Shown here: positions 42,377-53,033 of the stretch, in pieces
Layout: each line of letters opens with the position of its first letter
Position numbering within the stretch: the first letter of the stretch is position 1
Made by a program: the position numbers and the translations under genes
From: an uncultured Phycisphaerales bacterium
Lineage (GTDB): Bacteria; Planctomycetota; Phycisphaerae; Tepidisphaerales; Tepidisphaeraceae
Assembly: GCA_963844715.1 (NCBI GenBank)
Contig: CAWJPJ010000007.1
Span: 704,001-768,000 of the forward strand
Length of the DNA: 64,000 bases
Direction of reading: 5' to 3'
Notes under the pieces: model-generated
The model's database searches: none
What the model was told of the DNA's origin: nothing
What the model saw: the letters and a program-made list of their open reading frames with translations, nothing else

Positions 42377-43047
42377 TAGTTTAATCCAATTGTCTCATTT
42401 CCAGTCGCGCCCTGCGCCGGGAGCCGTGGCAGCATTGCCTCAATCGCCTCCACCACCCGCGCCACGCGCTGCGCCACATCTCCCTCGGCCAGCAGCGACT
42501 GTTTCACCTGCACATCTTCCAGAAAATTGAACGCCAGAAGATCCGCGATCTCCGCCATCCCCAGATCGCTTAGCACAATTTTTTGGAAATGCCGCCCCAG
42601 AACCGTCTCCGACATTGCTCCCGGGCCAATCATCGCCGTCAATCGGCGGCGAAATTTCTCCAGATCGATCTCCGCCGCCGGTTTTTCCGGCACCGGACTT
42701 ACCCGCGCAATCCGATAGGGCCGGCGCTGTGTCTCCGTCTCAACCCGTGCCCGCATTTCCCCTTGCAGCAGGAGGTTGTATCTGCCATCCGCCAGCATCT
42801 CGCTGTTGACGATCCTCCCCACGCACACCACCGGCTCAATCTCCGGGGCTGAGTAATAGTCCCTCTCCCACCCCGGCTTCAGCAGCGCCATGGCGATTTG
42901 CCTTTGCGCAACCAGAGCGTCGGCCGTCATCCTTCGGAAGCGTTCCTCGAAGATATGCAGCGGAAGCACCGCCCGCGGGAACAACACCGCGTTCGGCAGT
43001 GGAAAGAGCGCGACCATCATCTCGCCGACAAACGATTCGGCACTCAT
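42376..43047 (-). CDS. LON peptidase N-terminal (substrate-binding) domain protein
   Basis: LFPLPNAVLFP...LPLHIFEERFR, DGRYNLLLQG. Confidence 0.88.
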   Translation of the reverse strand: MSAESFVGEMMVALFPLPNAVLFPRAVLPLHIFEERFRRMTADALVAQRQIAMALLKPGWERDYYSAPEIEPVVCVGRIVNSEMLADGRYNLLLQGEMRARVETETQRRPYRIARVSPVPEKPAAEIDLEKFRRRLTAMIGPGAMSETVLGRHFQKIVLSDLGMAEIADLLAFNFLEDVQVKQSLLAEGDVAQRVARVVEAIEAMLPRLPAQGATGNETIGLN

Positions 43048-43104
43048 ACCCCTCGATGATACCCGCGTCGCGGAACAGATTGGCCTGGGACAGGACGATC
43101 TGGC

Positions 43105-43329
43105 CTACATGCTCTTCAATTCAGATTCAGCGCGCAGCCAGTTTTCCACCTGTGAGCCGCCCTTGCCGGACGCGAAAATCTCATACGCCCGCTTGGCAAT
43201 CGCTTCGTGAGTCAGCGTCCGCTTGGCGGCGGGGGCCGCCTTGGGAATCGGCGTGTTACGCGCCGGGCTCGTTGAACGTGAACCAGAATTGCTTTTGAAT
43301 GAATAACTTGAACCAGTCGGCTTAGGCAT
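43105..43329 (-). CDS. DUF2934 domain small protein
   Basis: EAIAKRAYEIF...ENWLRAESEL; AGGAG RBS. Confidence 0.8.
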   Translation of the reverse strand: MPKPTGSSYSFKSNSGSRSTSPARNTPIPKAAPAAKRTLTHEAIAKRAYEIFASGKGGSQVENWLRAESELKSM

Positions 43330-43477
43330 GACTTCTCCTTATTCCGTAAGCCTTCATGAGGCGGTAGTTTATGTCATTTCGCGACATCGACCGGAGCAGC
43401 ATCCGCCGTCCGGCCCACATCCATGACTGGCGCGACTCTATATCTCCCCGCCCATTTTGGCAAGCTGCCAACCCAAA

Positions 43478-44101
43478 TTAACTTTTGCCCGACACGTCCA
43501 CATTCTGCTTAATCCATGCCAGAACTTGCTGGTCATGACCCGTCGGCTTCACCTTCTCAAACACATGCAGGATGTTTCCATCCTTGCCGATGACGAACGT
43601 CGTTCGGGCAACGCCATAGTTCCCATTTTTCCGCATCTGCCAGACGCCGTATGCCTGCGCTACCGAGTGATCCGCATCGGAAAGCAGCGGGAAATTCAGA
43701 TGATATTTCGTTCCGAAATCGTCGATCGCATCGACCGGATCGGGACTGATCCCCAGCACCGCGATGTTCTCCTTGTCGTACTCAGCCAGCGCGTCGCGAA
43801 ATGCGCAAGCCTCCGTCGTGCAGCCGGGCGTTCCCGCCTTCGGATAGAAATAAAGCACGACGATCTTCCCGCTAAAATCCGACAAACTCACCTTCTTGCC
43901 CGAATTGGTCGTCAGGGTGAATCCAGGCGCCGGCGTCCCGACAGCCGGAATTGCGGATGCTTCCACAGCGCCTCCCGAAGGTTGCGTCGTCGCCGAGGCC
44001 GAAGGCTGCGTCGCGGCGTCCCCCCGGCACCACGCCGAAATCCCGCACAAAACAACCATTCCCAGGGCTACGCGACTCGCCGGTGCAATAATTCCACTCA
44101 T
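43478..44101 (-). CDS. Peroxiredoxin, BCP/PrxQ type, with signal peptide
   Basis: APGFTL, LYFYPKAGTPGCTTEAC, GISPD, RTTFVI. Confidence 0.92.
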   Translation of the reverse strand: MSGIIAPASRVALGMVVLCGISAWCRGDAATQPSASATTQPSGGAVEASAIPAVGTPAPGFTLTTNSGKKVSLSDFSGKIVVLYFYPKAGTPGCTTEACAFRDALAEYDKENIAVLGISPDPVDAIDDFGTKYHLNFPLLSDADHSVAQAYGVWQMRKNGNYGVARTTFVIGKDGNILHVFEKVKPTGHDQQVLAWIKQNVDVSGKS

Positions 44102-44532
44102 TTTCCCGCCAGTCCTTTTCGCAAAAGTTGATTCGCCACGCTCGGATCGACGTTCGATCCATGCGCTTTCATGAAAGCGCCCATCGCCTGGCCGAACTGC
44201 TTTTCCGTAAATGTATTTTTTGCAAGAAAATCCTTCACCAACTGCTCGGTCTGATCCGTCGAAGCTTTCTTGGGAAGATACTCCTCGACTACGGAGATTT
44301 CGTATTTCAGCTTGGTGACTTCGTCCGCTTTTCCGAGCTTTTCAAACTCCTCGACGCTCTTGCGCAATTTCTTGCCGTAGCTGGCGACCGCCTCCTCCGC
44401 CGTCGTCGGCTTGGGCGCGAGGTCGATGTTTTTCACATCGCTCAGCAGCATGCGGATCACGCTCAGCCGATCCTTCTGCCCGGCCTTGAGCGCCGTCTTC
44501 ATGTCCTCCTGCAACCGTGCCTGCAACTCCAT
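44098..44532 (-). CDS. GatB/YqeY domain protein
   Basis: LQEDMKTALKAG, RLSVIRML, EYLP, GQAMG. Confidence 0.9.
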   Translation of the reverse strand: MELQARLQEDMKTALKAGQKDRLSVIRMLLSDVKNIDLAPKPTTAEEAVASYGKKLRKSVEEFEKLGKADEVTKLKYEISVVEEYLPKKASTDQTEQLVKDFLAKNTFTEKQFGQAMGAFMKAHGSNVDPSVANQLLRKGLAGK

Positions 44533-44649
44533 AGTTTACTCCTCAGCTGTTCTGGATATAATGTGTATTCTACCGAAGGGCCTTTCTCATCGCACGGCAA
44601 TGCAATGAACGCCAGGGGATAGCGGTCCCTCGGCACGCTTAACGATTAC

Positions 44650-45763
44650 ATGCAAGCTACCAGCACCGATACCCTCGAGGGAATCCTTCATATTCCCGAT
44701 CCGCGCCAGGACGGCCAACTGCGCGATCCCGTGCACCCCTTGCGCCCCCTGCGCAGGGGATCGTTCCGCGCCAGCTCATCGCCAGCCTCAAGCTCCGCCC
44801 CGGACTGCTCCTCAAGGGAACGCCCCGGGGCCAGGCCATTGCGCAAATTCATACCATCGAAGGTAAATCTCCCGACGAATACATCAACACGGTTCATCTA
44901 TACGAAGGCACCGCCCTCGACCCCGAACCCGTCATGCGCCTCGAGCACAATCCCACTGAATACACCACCCGGGTCATCGATCTGTTCGCTCCCGTAGGCT
45001 TCGGCCAGCGCGGGCTCATCGTCGCTCCGCCGCGTTCGGGAAAAACCATCCTCCTCCAGAACATCGCGCACGGCATCCATCACAATTACCCGGACGTCAA
45101 ACTTGTCCTGCTTCTCGTCGATGAGCGCCCCGAAGAAGTCACCGACATGAAGCGCAACGTTCCGGGAATCGTCTTCGCATCGAGCAACGACAACACCGTT
45201 GAAAAACATCTCGACCTCGCCCAGATCGTCATCGAACGCTGCAAACGCGAAGTCGAGTACGGGAAAAATATCGTTGTCCTTCTCGATTCCCTCACGCGCC
45301 TCGGCCGGGCCTTCAATACCGGCGGCCCCAGCGGCGGCAGAACCCTCTCCGGCGGGCTGGACAACCGCGCCCTGGAAATTCCCAAGCGCCTGTTCGGCGC
45401 CGCCAGAAAATCGAAAACGGCGGCAGCCTCACCATTCTCGCCACCTGCCTCATCGACACCGGCAGCCGCATGGATCAGGTCATCTTCGAGGAATTCAAGG
45501 GCACCGGAAATATGGAACTCTGCCTCGACCGCAATCTCGCCAATCAGCGCATCTGGCCCTCCCTCGATATCTCCGCCAGCGGCACGCGAAAAGAGGAAAA
45601 GCTTCTCACCCCGCAGGAACTCACCTCCGCGCGGCACATCCGCCGCCTACTCACCAACATGCCCCCGGCCCAGGCGATGAAGACGCTGCTCGAGGTCATG
45701 AGCAAGCAGAAGACCAACGCAGACCTGCTCGCCGCTGCCGCCAAGACGTCTTCCGCTCAATAA
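44650..45763 (+). CDS. rho: Transcription termination factor Rho (short N-terminus); frameshifts near 44760 and 45410
   Basis: GFGQRGLIVAPPRSGKT, LVDERPEEVTD, LDSLTRL, IFEEFKGTGNME, SGTRKEE. Confidence 0.93.
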
Positions 45764-45813
45764 TTTTGACATCCCAGCCGATTGCGGTAGAAGCCGTATC
45801 CGCGGAGGTGAGA

Positions 45814-47409
45814 ATGCGTAAAAATCTGATGGGTGACCTGGGGCGGACCTGCACAGGCATCCTCGTTTTCGCGGCGGCGCTCGCCCCGATCTCCATCCTC
45901 GGCTGCGGAAAATCTTCCGCGCCCGATTCTTCAACTGCCGCCGCCAGCACCACCCCCTCCGCCGATACCGACGCTCCCCCCGGCTACGGCGTTGCGCTCT
46001 CGCTCGATTCCGGTAAATCGCTCGTCACCCAAAAAGCAAACGTAACCACCGTCGATGCCGCTCTGCTGGCGACCTTTCCAGACCTGACGTCGTATTTCGG
46101 CAATCAACCCACGATCGGAACCGCCTATCAGGACGCCCAGGATTCCACCGTCGGCGGCGCCACCTTCACGGCCACATATAAAGGCCAACCGATTTCCGGA
46201 ATCGTCTCCTGCAAATTGCAAAATGGCGGCGCGAACATCGCCGTCATCTTTGATCGCACCGATGCGCCCAAAGCCGATTGGGAAAAACTTATGAATCCCC
46301 CCAGCCAGCCCGCAGCCGCGCCTTCTGCAACGCCAACGGCGGCAGCGCCGGCGCCCGCCTCGAACGTCGCGCTCACTGAATACGATTTCCCGGACGGCAC
46401 CGGGTCCATCGGCATCGCCGCTGGGTGGACCACCAGCGCCCAATCCGAAGTTTCCCCCGGCGTCATCACCGGCCCCGCCGGCCAAACCATCATCCTTTTC
46501 AACGGCGTCGGCGTTCAGACTCCCGATTCGCCCCAGGTCCAATCCCGCCAGCAAATGGAAGCCAGGTGGGCGCAGATGAATGCCAACAACGCCGCCCGCG
46601 GTTTGCCCCCGATCCAGATGAAGCCCCAGCCGCCCATCCTGGTCGCCCCCTTTACCGATCCCGTCACCGCCGTGCAAAACATGGTCCCGCAGTTCAGCCT
46701 GCGGAGCGTCTTCAACAACGGCCCCTCTTTGACTTTCGGGAAAATCATCTCCTCGGAAGATCGGGCGTCTCCGTTACCGAACGGCAAGGCCGCTACGGTC
46801 ACCTACTCCTTCACGCGCGTACAGAACGGCCAATCGACTCCCTTCCGCGTGCAGGCGGCCGTCATCGTTTCGTCACAAAGCACCACCTCCTGGTTTTGGT
46901 ACACGCCTTACGCCGCACAGGCTCCCGATTCAACTTTCGACCAGGACTTGCCGGTCATGATGGCCATGGTCAATTCCAACAAGGTCAATCAGCAGCGCGC
47001 CATGCAAGTCGCCCAGGCCCGCAACCAGGCGACCCAGCAGGCGGGCCAGCAACTCATCGCCGCCCAGCAGGCGCAGGACCAGGCCCTGAACAACATGGCC
47101 AAGCAGGACGCCGACACGCAAAGCCAGATCCACCAGGAACAGCAGCAGCAAACGCAAGCCCAGTACGATGCCCACAATCAGCAATTTAGCGACTATGAAC
47201 TCCAGCGTTCGCGCCACGCCGCCGACTTCGACGAATCTATCATCGGCACCCGAACAATCTACGACACGGTCACCGGTCAAACCGGCTACGCCGATCTCAC
47301 CGACGTCAGCGGCGTCGTCGACTCGCTGAACAAAGCCGCCCTCGACCCTAACCGCTTCGTCCAAATCCCCTTACGTGACCAACTTGCCCCCCTTCCGCAA
47401 AACAAATAG
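45814..47409 (+). CDS. Hypothetical lipoprotein with Gln-rich coiled-coil C-terminus
   Basis: ILGC lipobox, Ser/Ala/Pro linkers, strongly biased codon usage. Confidence 0.7.
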   Translation: MRKNLMGDLGRTCTGILVFAAALAPISILGCGKSSAPDSSTAAASTTPSADTDAPPGYGVALSLDSGKSLVTQKANVTTVDAALLATFPDLTSYFGNQPTIGTAYQDAQDSTVGGATFTATYKGQPISGIVSCKLQNGGANIAVIFDRTDAPKADWEKLMNPPSQPAAAPSATPTAAAPAPASNVALTEYDFPDGTGSIGIAAGWTTSAQSEVSPGVITGPAGQTIILFNGVGVQTPDSPQVQSRQQMEARWAQMNANNAARGLPPIQMKPQPPILVAPFTDPVTAVQNMVPQFSLRSVFNNGPSLTFGKIISSEDRASPLPNGKAATVTYSFTRVQNGQSTPFRVQAAVIVSSQSTTSWFWYTPYAAQAPDSTFDQDLPVMMAMVNSNKVNQQRAMQVAQARNQATQQAGQQLIAAQQAQDQALNNMAKQDADTQSQIHQEQQQQTQAQYDAHNQQFSDYELQRSRHAADFDESIIGTRTIYDTVTGQTGYADLTDVSGVVDSLNKAALDPNRFVQIPLRDQLAPLPQNK

Positions 47410-47484
47410 CAAAAAACGCTCTAATTCTTCTACCTTCTCCACGGCCCCGAATTCCCGTATCATTGAAAATTCAGAGCAGACATC

Positions 47485-48558
47485 ATGGAACGCCGCAAAT
47501 TCGGCAACACCAATCTGGAAGTCTCCGCCATCAGCCTCGGCTGCTGGCCCTTCGGCGTTGACTGGTGGGGCCACTACACCGACGAACAAGCCCTCAGCCT
47601 GATGAAGTTCTCCCTCGATCAGGGGATCACCTTCTTCGATTCCGGCGACGCCTACGGCAACGGCCGCGCCGAGGAACTCCTCGGCCGATTCCTCAAAACC
47701 GTCCCCCGCGACCGCGTCGAGATCGGCGGAAAATTCGGCTACGACTTCTATTCCGACCCCGGCGAGCCCGGCAGTCATCGCGAACGAAAACAGGATTTCT
47801 CCCCAAAATTCCTCCGCTTCGCCCTGGAAAAATCCCTCCAGCGCTTGGACACCGACGTCATCGATCTCTACATGGCCCACAACATCAAACTTCCCCAGTT
47901 CCGCGACGATCTCTTCGCTGAACTGGAAAAAATTCGCGAGGAGGGAAAGATCAAAGTCTGGGGAGTCTCTCTCGGGCCCGCCATCGGCTGGCGCGAGGAG
48001 GGGATCGAGGCCCTCACGCGATGCAACGCCAAGGCCGTGCAGACCGTTTATAATCTTTTCGAGCAGGACCCCGGCCGCGAATTCTGCCAAACCGCCCGCG
48101 CCTGCCGCGCCGGCGTGCTCGCGCACGTCCACGACAACAGCAGCATCCTTAAGGACAAAGTCCGCCCCGAAACCCAGATCGGCGTCAACGACCACAGAAA
48201 ATTCCGCGACGAATCCTGGAAAGTCTTCGGATTAAAAAAACTCGAACTCGTCCGCCACTACGCCGGCGATCACGGCATGACCGTCCATCAACTCGCGTGC
48301 AAATGGCTCCTCATGGACGACGCCCTCACCAGTATCACCGGCACGTTCCTAAACGAAGAGGAAATCCAGGAAGCCGCCGAGTCGGTTTCAAAGCCGCGTC
48401 TTTCCGCAACTGAGATGAAACAATTGGCCGAGGATTACGCCCGCGATTGGGGCCTCGGCGACGAAGCCCACCCGTGCGATCTAAAAAGCAGCACCTCCCC
48501 CGAAGGCAAAGTCCGCAGCGGCTACATCCCGCCTCCCATCCTCGTCGCTCAATGGTGA
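47485..48558 (+). CDS. Aldo/keto reductase
   Basis: LEVSAISLG, FFDSGDAYGNG, EKSLQRLDTDVIDLY, EGKI. Confidence 0.92.
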   Translation: MERRKFGNTNLEVSAISLGCWPFGVDWWGHYTDEQALSLMKFSLDQGITFFDSGDAYGNGRAEELLGRFLKTVPRDRVEIGGKFGYDFYSDPGEPGSHRERKQDFSPKFLRFALEKSLQRLDTDVIDLYMAHNIKLPQFRDDLFAELEKIREEGKIKVWGVSLGPAIGWREEGIEALTRCNAKAVQTVYNLFEQDPGREFCQTARACRAGVLAHVHDNSSILKDKVRPETQIGVNDHRKFRDESWKVFGLKKLELVRHYAGDHGMTVHQLACKWLLMDDALTSITGTFLNEEEIQEAAESVSKPRLSATEMKQLAEDYARDWGLGDEAHPCDLKSSTSPEGKVRSGYIPPPILVAQW

Positions 48559-48564
48559 ATCCGC

Positions 48565-48882
48565 GTGCTCCCTTTGCGATTTGTCGTGCTTCATCACACT
48601 GGAATCGACCCGCCGCACTTCGACCTGATGCTCGAAACCGCCGAGAACTCAAAACTCGCGACCTGGCGTCTCCCGCAATGGCCCCCTGATCCGAACGACA
48701 TCTTCACGCCCCTCGGCGATCACCGCCGCGAATATCTCGACTTTGAAGGCGCAGTCTCCGGCAATCAAGGCCAAGTAAAAAGAGTCGCCTCCGGAAAAAT
48801 CGAATCCATCGAATCGACCCCCGAGGGGTTAATCGTGACTCTCCCCCACAACATGCGAATCATTCTCCCCAAGTTAAGATAA
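48565..48882 (+). CDS. Standalone LigD 3'-phosphoesterase-like domain protein
   Basis: RFVVLHH...HFDLMLE...LATW...DHRREYLDFEG. Confidence 0.7.
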   Translation: MLPLRFVVLHHTGIDPPHFDLMLETAENSKLATWRLPQWPPDPNDIFTPLGDHRREYLDFEGAVSGNQGQVKRVASGKIESIESTPEGLIVTLPHNMRIILPKLR

Positions 48883-48886
48883 CCCC

Positions 48887-50890
48887 ATGCCAACCGCGGC
48901 CGACCCCCTCCGCCTGGCCTGGGCAATTCTTCTCTGCGTCTTCCCCGCGGCCGCCGCCTACCGCTTCTCGCGCCGAACAAATCCCCCAATCCCCGCCGTT
49001 GCCGACGCCTTACTCTTCGCCTACGCCATCCAATATCTTGCGATCGTCCCCGCCGGCTTAGCCGGATTCCTAACCCCCACAACAATCTCCAGCACAGCCC
49101 TGGCGCTCAGCGCCGCTCTTTTGCTTCTTCCCCGTGGTTCGGAGGACGGACGGGAACGAAACCATTCGTCATTTATCATTCGTCATTCGTCATTGACCCG
49201 CCCCATCCTCCTGGCCTCCCTCTTCTTCACGGTCGGCTACCTGGCCGCTTACATCTACGACACCCGCTACCTCCCGCCTCTGGCCACCGACGCCCTCGCT
49301 TACCATCTCCCCGCCTCCGTCCAGTGGCTTCAGCACCATCGCATCGATCTTCTCCCCACCTGGTTCTTCAACCCCGCCAACACATTCTCTCCCCTGGCCG
49401 GTTCCGTCTTCATCACCTGGCTCATAGCGCCCCTGGGCAGCGACGTCCTGGCCCGTTTCGTTCAAATTGGCCCAATTTTCCTGATCTTTTTCGCCATTCT
49501 CGATTTGAATCCCCGGCACCTGGCGATCTCCGCGATCGTCGCCCTGGCCGCGGTTTTGTCGCGCCCCATGCTGGCCGAAGGAATCCTCCCCAAGGACGAT
49601 CTCTTCGTCGCGGCGTTCTTCATCGTCGCCGTCGCGAATCTTTCCACCGAGAAATTGCGCTCGCCCCTCGCCCCTTGGCGATTGGGCATCTTCCTCGGCT
49701 TGCTATTGGCGACCAAATATACCGCCATCCTCTCCGCGGGGCTTCTACTCATCGCCGCCGACGCCCCATTCCGCGCCGGCTGGCGAAAGCGCCAATGGAT
49801 CATCTTCCTTGCCGTCGCGTTTCTCCTCGCCGCCCCCTGGTACATGCGCAATCTCATCCTCACCGGCAATCCCCTTTATCCCATTCACGTTCCTCTACTC
49901 CCATTCCCGTCGATGTTCATCGCCACACGAAGCCTGAACCTTCGTTCGATCGATGGCCTCGTGAACGCCCTCGCCGCCGGATATTTTGCGTTGCCCGCGA
50001 TCCTCTGGATTCTCCTGACCCTTTTCTGGCTCATCGCCTTCTTCCGCTCCGTAAAATCTCTCGTGCGCGACTCCCAGCGCCGCCTCATTCTCGTGGCCGC
50101 CCCCGTCGGCATCGCGCTCTTCGCCCTCTTCTCTCCCTATCCTGAAGTGCGATTCATTCTCCCGGAAATCATCCTCCTCTTCGCCGCGATTCCCATCGCG
50201 CTGGCGGGCGAACCCGCGCTCGGCGCACTCGCCCTCATCCCCGCCATCATTTCCATCGCCACAAGTTTCGCCCCATCGCATCGAATCGAAATCGCCCAGT
50301 ACACAACGGTCGCCGCCATCGTCGCGCTGGTCGGCATCTCCCTCTGGCGCCTCGACGTCGATCGCCTTGGTCTCTGGCGCGGCGTTCCGCGCGTTAGCGC
50401 CTCCCTCGCTCTCGTCGCCGCCTTCCTGGCCTTCAATCATTGGACGGATTATCTAGAGACCTATCGCCAAACGATCCCCACTTATTGGCAAGTCCTCTAC
50501 GACGATCAAGGCCAACTTTGGTCCAGACTCGACGCCGACGCTCCCCCCGACGCGACCATTGCCTATACGAACCAGTTCATGATTTACCCCCTCTACGGTT
50601 TCGGTCACCGGCGCAAAGTGCTCTACGTTCCCCCGCACTCCAATCTGAAAATCCAGGACCTGAAACTTCCCGAAAGATTACCCGGCGAGCAAATCTCCCT
50701 CGCCGCCACGGCCGCCGCCAACGCCAACCCCGACCGCGCCGCCTGGCTACAAAATCTCCGCGATTCAAAAGCCCAATATCTCATCGCCGGACCTGATGCT
50801 CCGGAAGTTTCCTTTGCCGATTCCGACCCCGAAGAATTCCAGCCCCTCTTCCGTAACTCCGCCGGCTTCATCTATAAGATTGCCAGATAA
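48887..50890 (+). CDS. Multi-pass membrane protein, probable GT-C glycosyltransferase
   Basis: DALAYHLP, ATKYT, PWYMRNLILTGNPLYP; many TM segments. Confidence 0.7.
   Translation: MPTAADPLRLAWAILLCVFPAAAAYRFSRRTNPPIPAVADALLFAYAIQYLAIVPAGLAGFLTPTTISSTALALSAALLLLPRGSEDGRERNHSSFIIRHSSLTRPILLASLFFTVGYLAAYIYDTRYLPPLATDALAYHLPASVQWLQHHRIDLLPTWFFNPANTFSPLAGSVFITWLIAPLGSDVLARFVQIGPIFLIFFAILDLNPRHLAISAIVALAAVLSRPMLAEGILPKDDLFVAAFFIVAVANLSTEKLRSPLAPWRLGIFLGLLLATKYTAILSAGLLLIAADAPFRAGWRKRQWIIFLAVAFLLAAPWYMRNLILTGNPLYPIHVPLLPFPSMFIATRSLNLRSIDGLVNALAAGYFALPAILWILLTLFWLIAFFRSVKSLVRDSQRRLILVAAPVGIALFALFSPYPEVRFILPEIILLFAAIPIALAGEPALGALALIPAIISIATSFAPSHRIEIAQYTTVAAIVALVGISLWRLDVDRLGLWRGVPRVSASLALVAAFLAFNHWTDYLETYRQTIPTYWQVLYDDQGQLWSRLDADAPPDATIAYTNQFMIYPLYGFGHRRKVLYVPPHSNLKIQDLKLPERLPGEQISLAATAAANANPDRAAWLQNLRDSKAQYLIAGPDAPEVSFADSDPEEFQPLFRNSAGFIYKIAR
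49163..49194. repeat. AATGACG-family heptamer repeat embedded in frame in a CDS
   Basis: CATTCGTCATTTATCATTCGTCATTCGTCATT, shares 25 nt with the right arm of the 9555-9662 element. Confidence 0.8.
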
Positions 50891-50994
50891 CCGTGGAGCA
50901 ATTTGGTTTTCCAGACGCGAGCGGCCAACGGTATAATCTTGTTTGTGCGGCCTTTTTTTCGCACCAAGTAGTTATTCCCTCTTGGGCTTCGTCT

Positions 50995-51438
50995 ATGACT
51001 ATGCTCAGGAAAGTCTACGATTGGCTCAAGTACGAACGCCTCTACCACTACCCAGCGCTCGAGGCCTTCGAACGCCCAGAAGCGCTAAAGCGACTGAAAG
51101 CATACGAACGTGAGGAGCGCAAAGCTTGCGCGCTATGGCTTAATACGGCCCACATCATGATCCTCGGGTTTGGGCTCTTGTGGATTGGGATGTTGTCTTT
51201 TGGAGGTTCCAGCCGCACTACGATGGCTAACACAATCATTCTCCCCCTTCAGATTCCCGGCTGGGTCATTGACTATCTGATTTACCGTCGCGTCCGAAGA
51301 CGGGTGGCCGCAAAAGTTGCCGCCGAGCTGGGTGGTGGTCGCCTCAGCAGGTGCGTCGAGTGCGATTACGACCTCCGAGCTTCTGAGGATCGATGCCCGG
51401 AATGCGGCGCGCCGGTTCGCGTCCAGCCCCCCGCGTGA
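50995..51438 (+). CDS. Membrane protein with C-terminal zinc ribbon
   Basis: Two TM segments, CVECDYDLRASEDRCPECG. Confidence 0.7.
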   Translation: MTMLRKVYDWLKYERLYHYPALEAFERPEALKRLKAYEREERKACALWLNTAHIMILGFGLLWIGMLSFGGSSRTTMANTIILPLQIPGWVIDYLIYRRVRRRVAAKVAAELGGGRLSRCVECDYDLRASEDRCPECGAPVRVQPPA

Positions 51439-51483
51439 TCGCCCACTAATTGATTTGCCCCGCCAACGATTGATAATGCCCAC

Positions 51484-52910
51484 ATGCCCGACACAACCCG
51501 CATAGAAAAAGATTCCATGGGCGAGATGCGCGTTCCCGCCGACGCCTATTACGGCGCTCAAACCGCCCGTGCTGTTGAGAATTTCCCCATCTCCAATCTT
51601 CGCTTCGGCCGCCGATTTATTTCCGCCCTCGGCCTGATCAAATTCGCCGCCGCGCAGATCAATTTTGAACTCGGCCTCATCGACGAGCCCAAACGCACGC
51701 TCATCCAGCAAGCCGCACAGGAAGTCATCGACGGCAAGCTCGATTCCCAATTCGTCGTCGATATCTTCCAGACCGGCTCAGGCACCTCGACCAACATGAA
51801 CGCCAACGAGGTCATCGCCAGCCGCGCCAACGAAATCGCGACTGGCAAACGCGGCGGCAAGGACCCCATCCATCCCAACGATCACGTCAACATGCAGCAA
51901 AGCTCCAACGACGTGATTCCCACCGCCATGCACATCAGCACCGCGTCGTCCATCCGCGAACTCCTCTGCCCCGCGATGGATCACCTCGCGGCGGCCCTCC
52001 TGCGAAAAGCCGACCAGTTCGATGCGATTGTAAAAATCGGCCGCACCCATCTCCAGGACGCCACCCCCGTCCGCCTCGGCCAGGAACTCGGCGGCTACGC
52101 CCACCAGGCGAAGCTCGGCACCGTCCGCTGCCTTCGCGCCATTCATGCGCTAAAAGAACTTCCCCTCGGCGGCACGGCCGTCGGCACCGGAATCAATTCC
52201 CATCCAGACTTCGCCAAAAAAACCATCGCTGTTATCGCCCAAAAAACCGGCTTGGATTTCGCCGAAGCCTTCAATCATTTCGAAGCGCAGGCCGCCAAAG
52301 ACGCGATCGTCGAGGCCAGCTCGGAAGCTGAAGACCATCGCGATAAGTGTGACGAAAATCGCCAACGACATCCGCTGGCTCGCCAGCGGCCCGCGCTGCG
52401 GCATCGGTGAGATCAGCATCCCCGCCACTCAGCCCGGCAGCTGCATCATGCCCGGCAAGGTCAACCCCGTCATGTGCGAAATGCTCCTGCAAGCCGCCGC
52501 ACAGGTTGTCGGCAACGACGCCACCGTCGCCTGGGCGCGCCGCGTTCGGCAGCAATTTCGAACTCAACGTCATGATGCCCGTCATCGCCCACAACGTCCT
52601 TCAATCCATCGAACTTCTCGCCAAGGCCGCGACGGTTTTCTCCGACCGCTGCATCGACGGCCTCGAAGCCAACGCCGACCGCTGCAAGGCCCTCGTCGAG
52701 CAATCCCTCGCCATGTGCACCAGCCTCGCCCCGATCATCGGCTACGACAAAGCCGCCGACATCGCCAAGGAAAGCCTCAAGACCGGCAAAACCATCCGCC
52801 AGATCGCCACAGAAACAAAAGTCCTCAGCGACGCCGACCTGAACAAAGCCCTGGATCCGACGCGGATGACCCAACCGCAGTTCGACATCATCGGCAGCGG
52901 GGGAGGATGA
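51484..52910 (+). CDS. fumC: Class II fumarate hydratase; two frameshifts
   Basis: [55 protein letters not shown]. Confidence 0.95.
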
Positions 52911-52917
52911 TCTGGGA

Positions 52918-53033
52918 AATGACGAATGAAGAATGATAAATGACGAATTAATGCTCGAATGAGTCCAATGCACGAATTCGTCATTCAGTCATTCGAGCAT
53001 TGATTCGTCATTCGTCATTCGAATTTCGTCATT
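52918..53033. repeat. AATGACG-family imperfect inverted repeat between convergent fumC and adh
   Basis: AATGACGAATGAAGAATGATAAATGACG... paired with ...CATTCGTCATTCG...CGTCATT. Confidence 0.85.

Noticed and set aside
45199..45813. N-terminal extension of the 736 aa ORF
   Set aside because: Out-of-frame overlap with rho; the lipoprotein signal starts at about 45814.
46980..47200. CAG-rich stretch as a DNA repeat element
   Set aside because: Reflects a Gln-rich coiled coil in the coding sequence.
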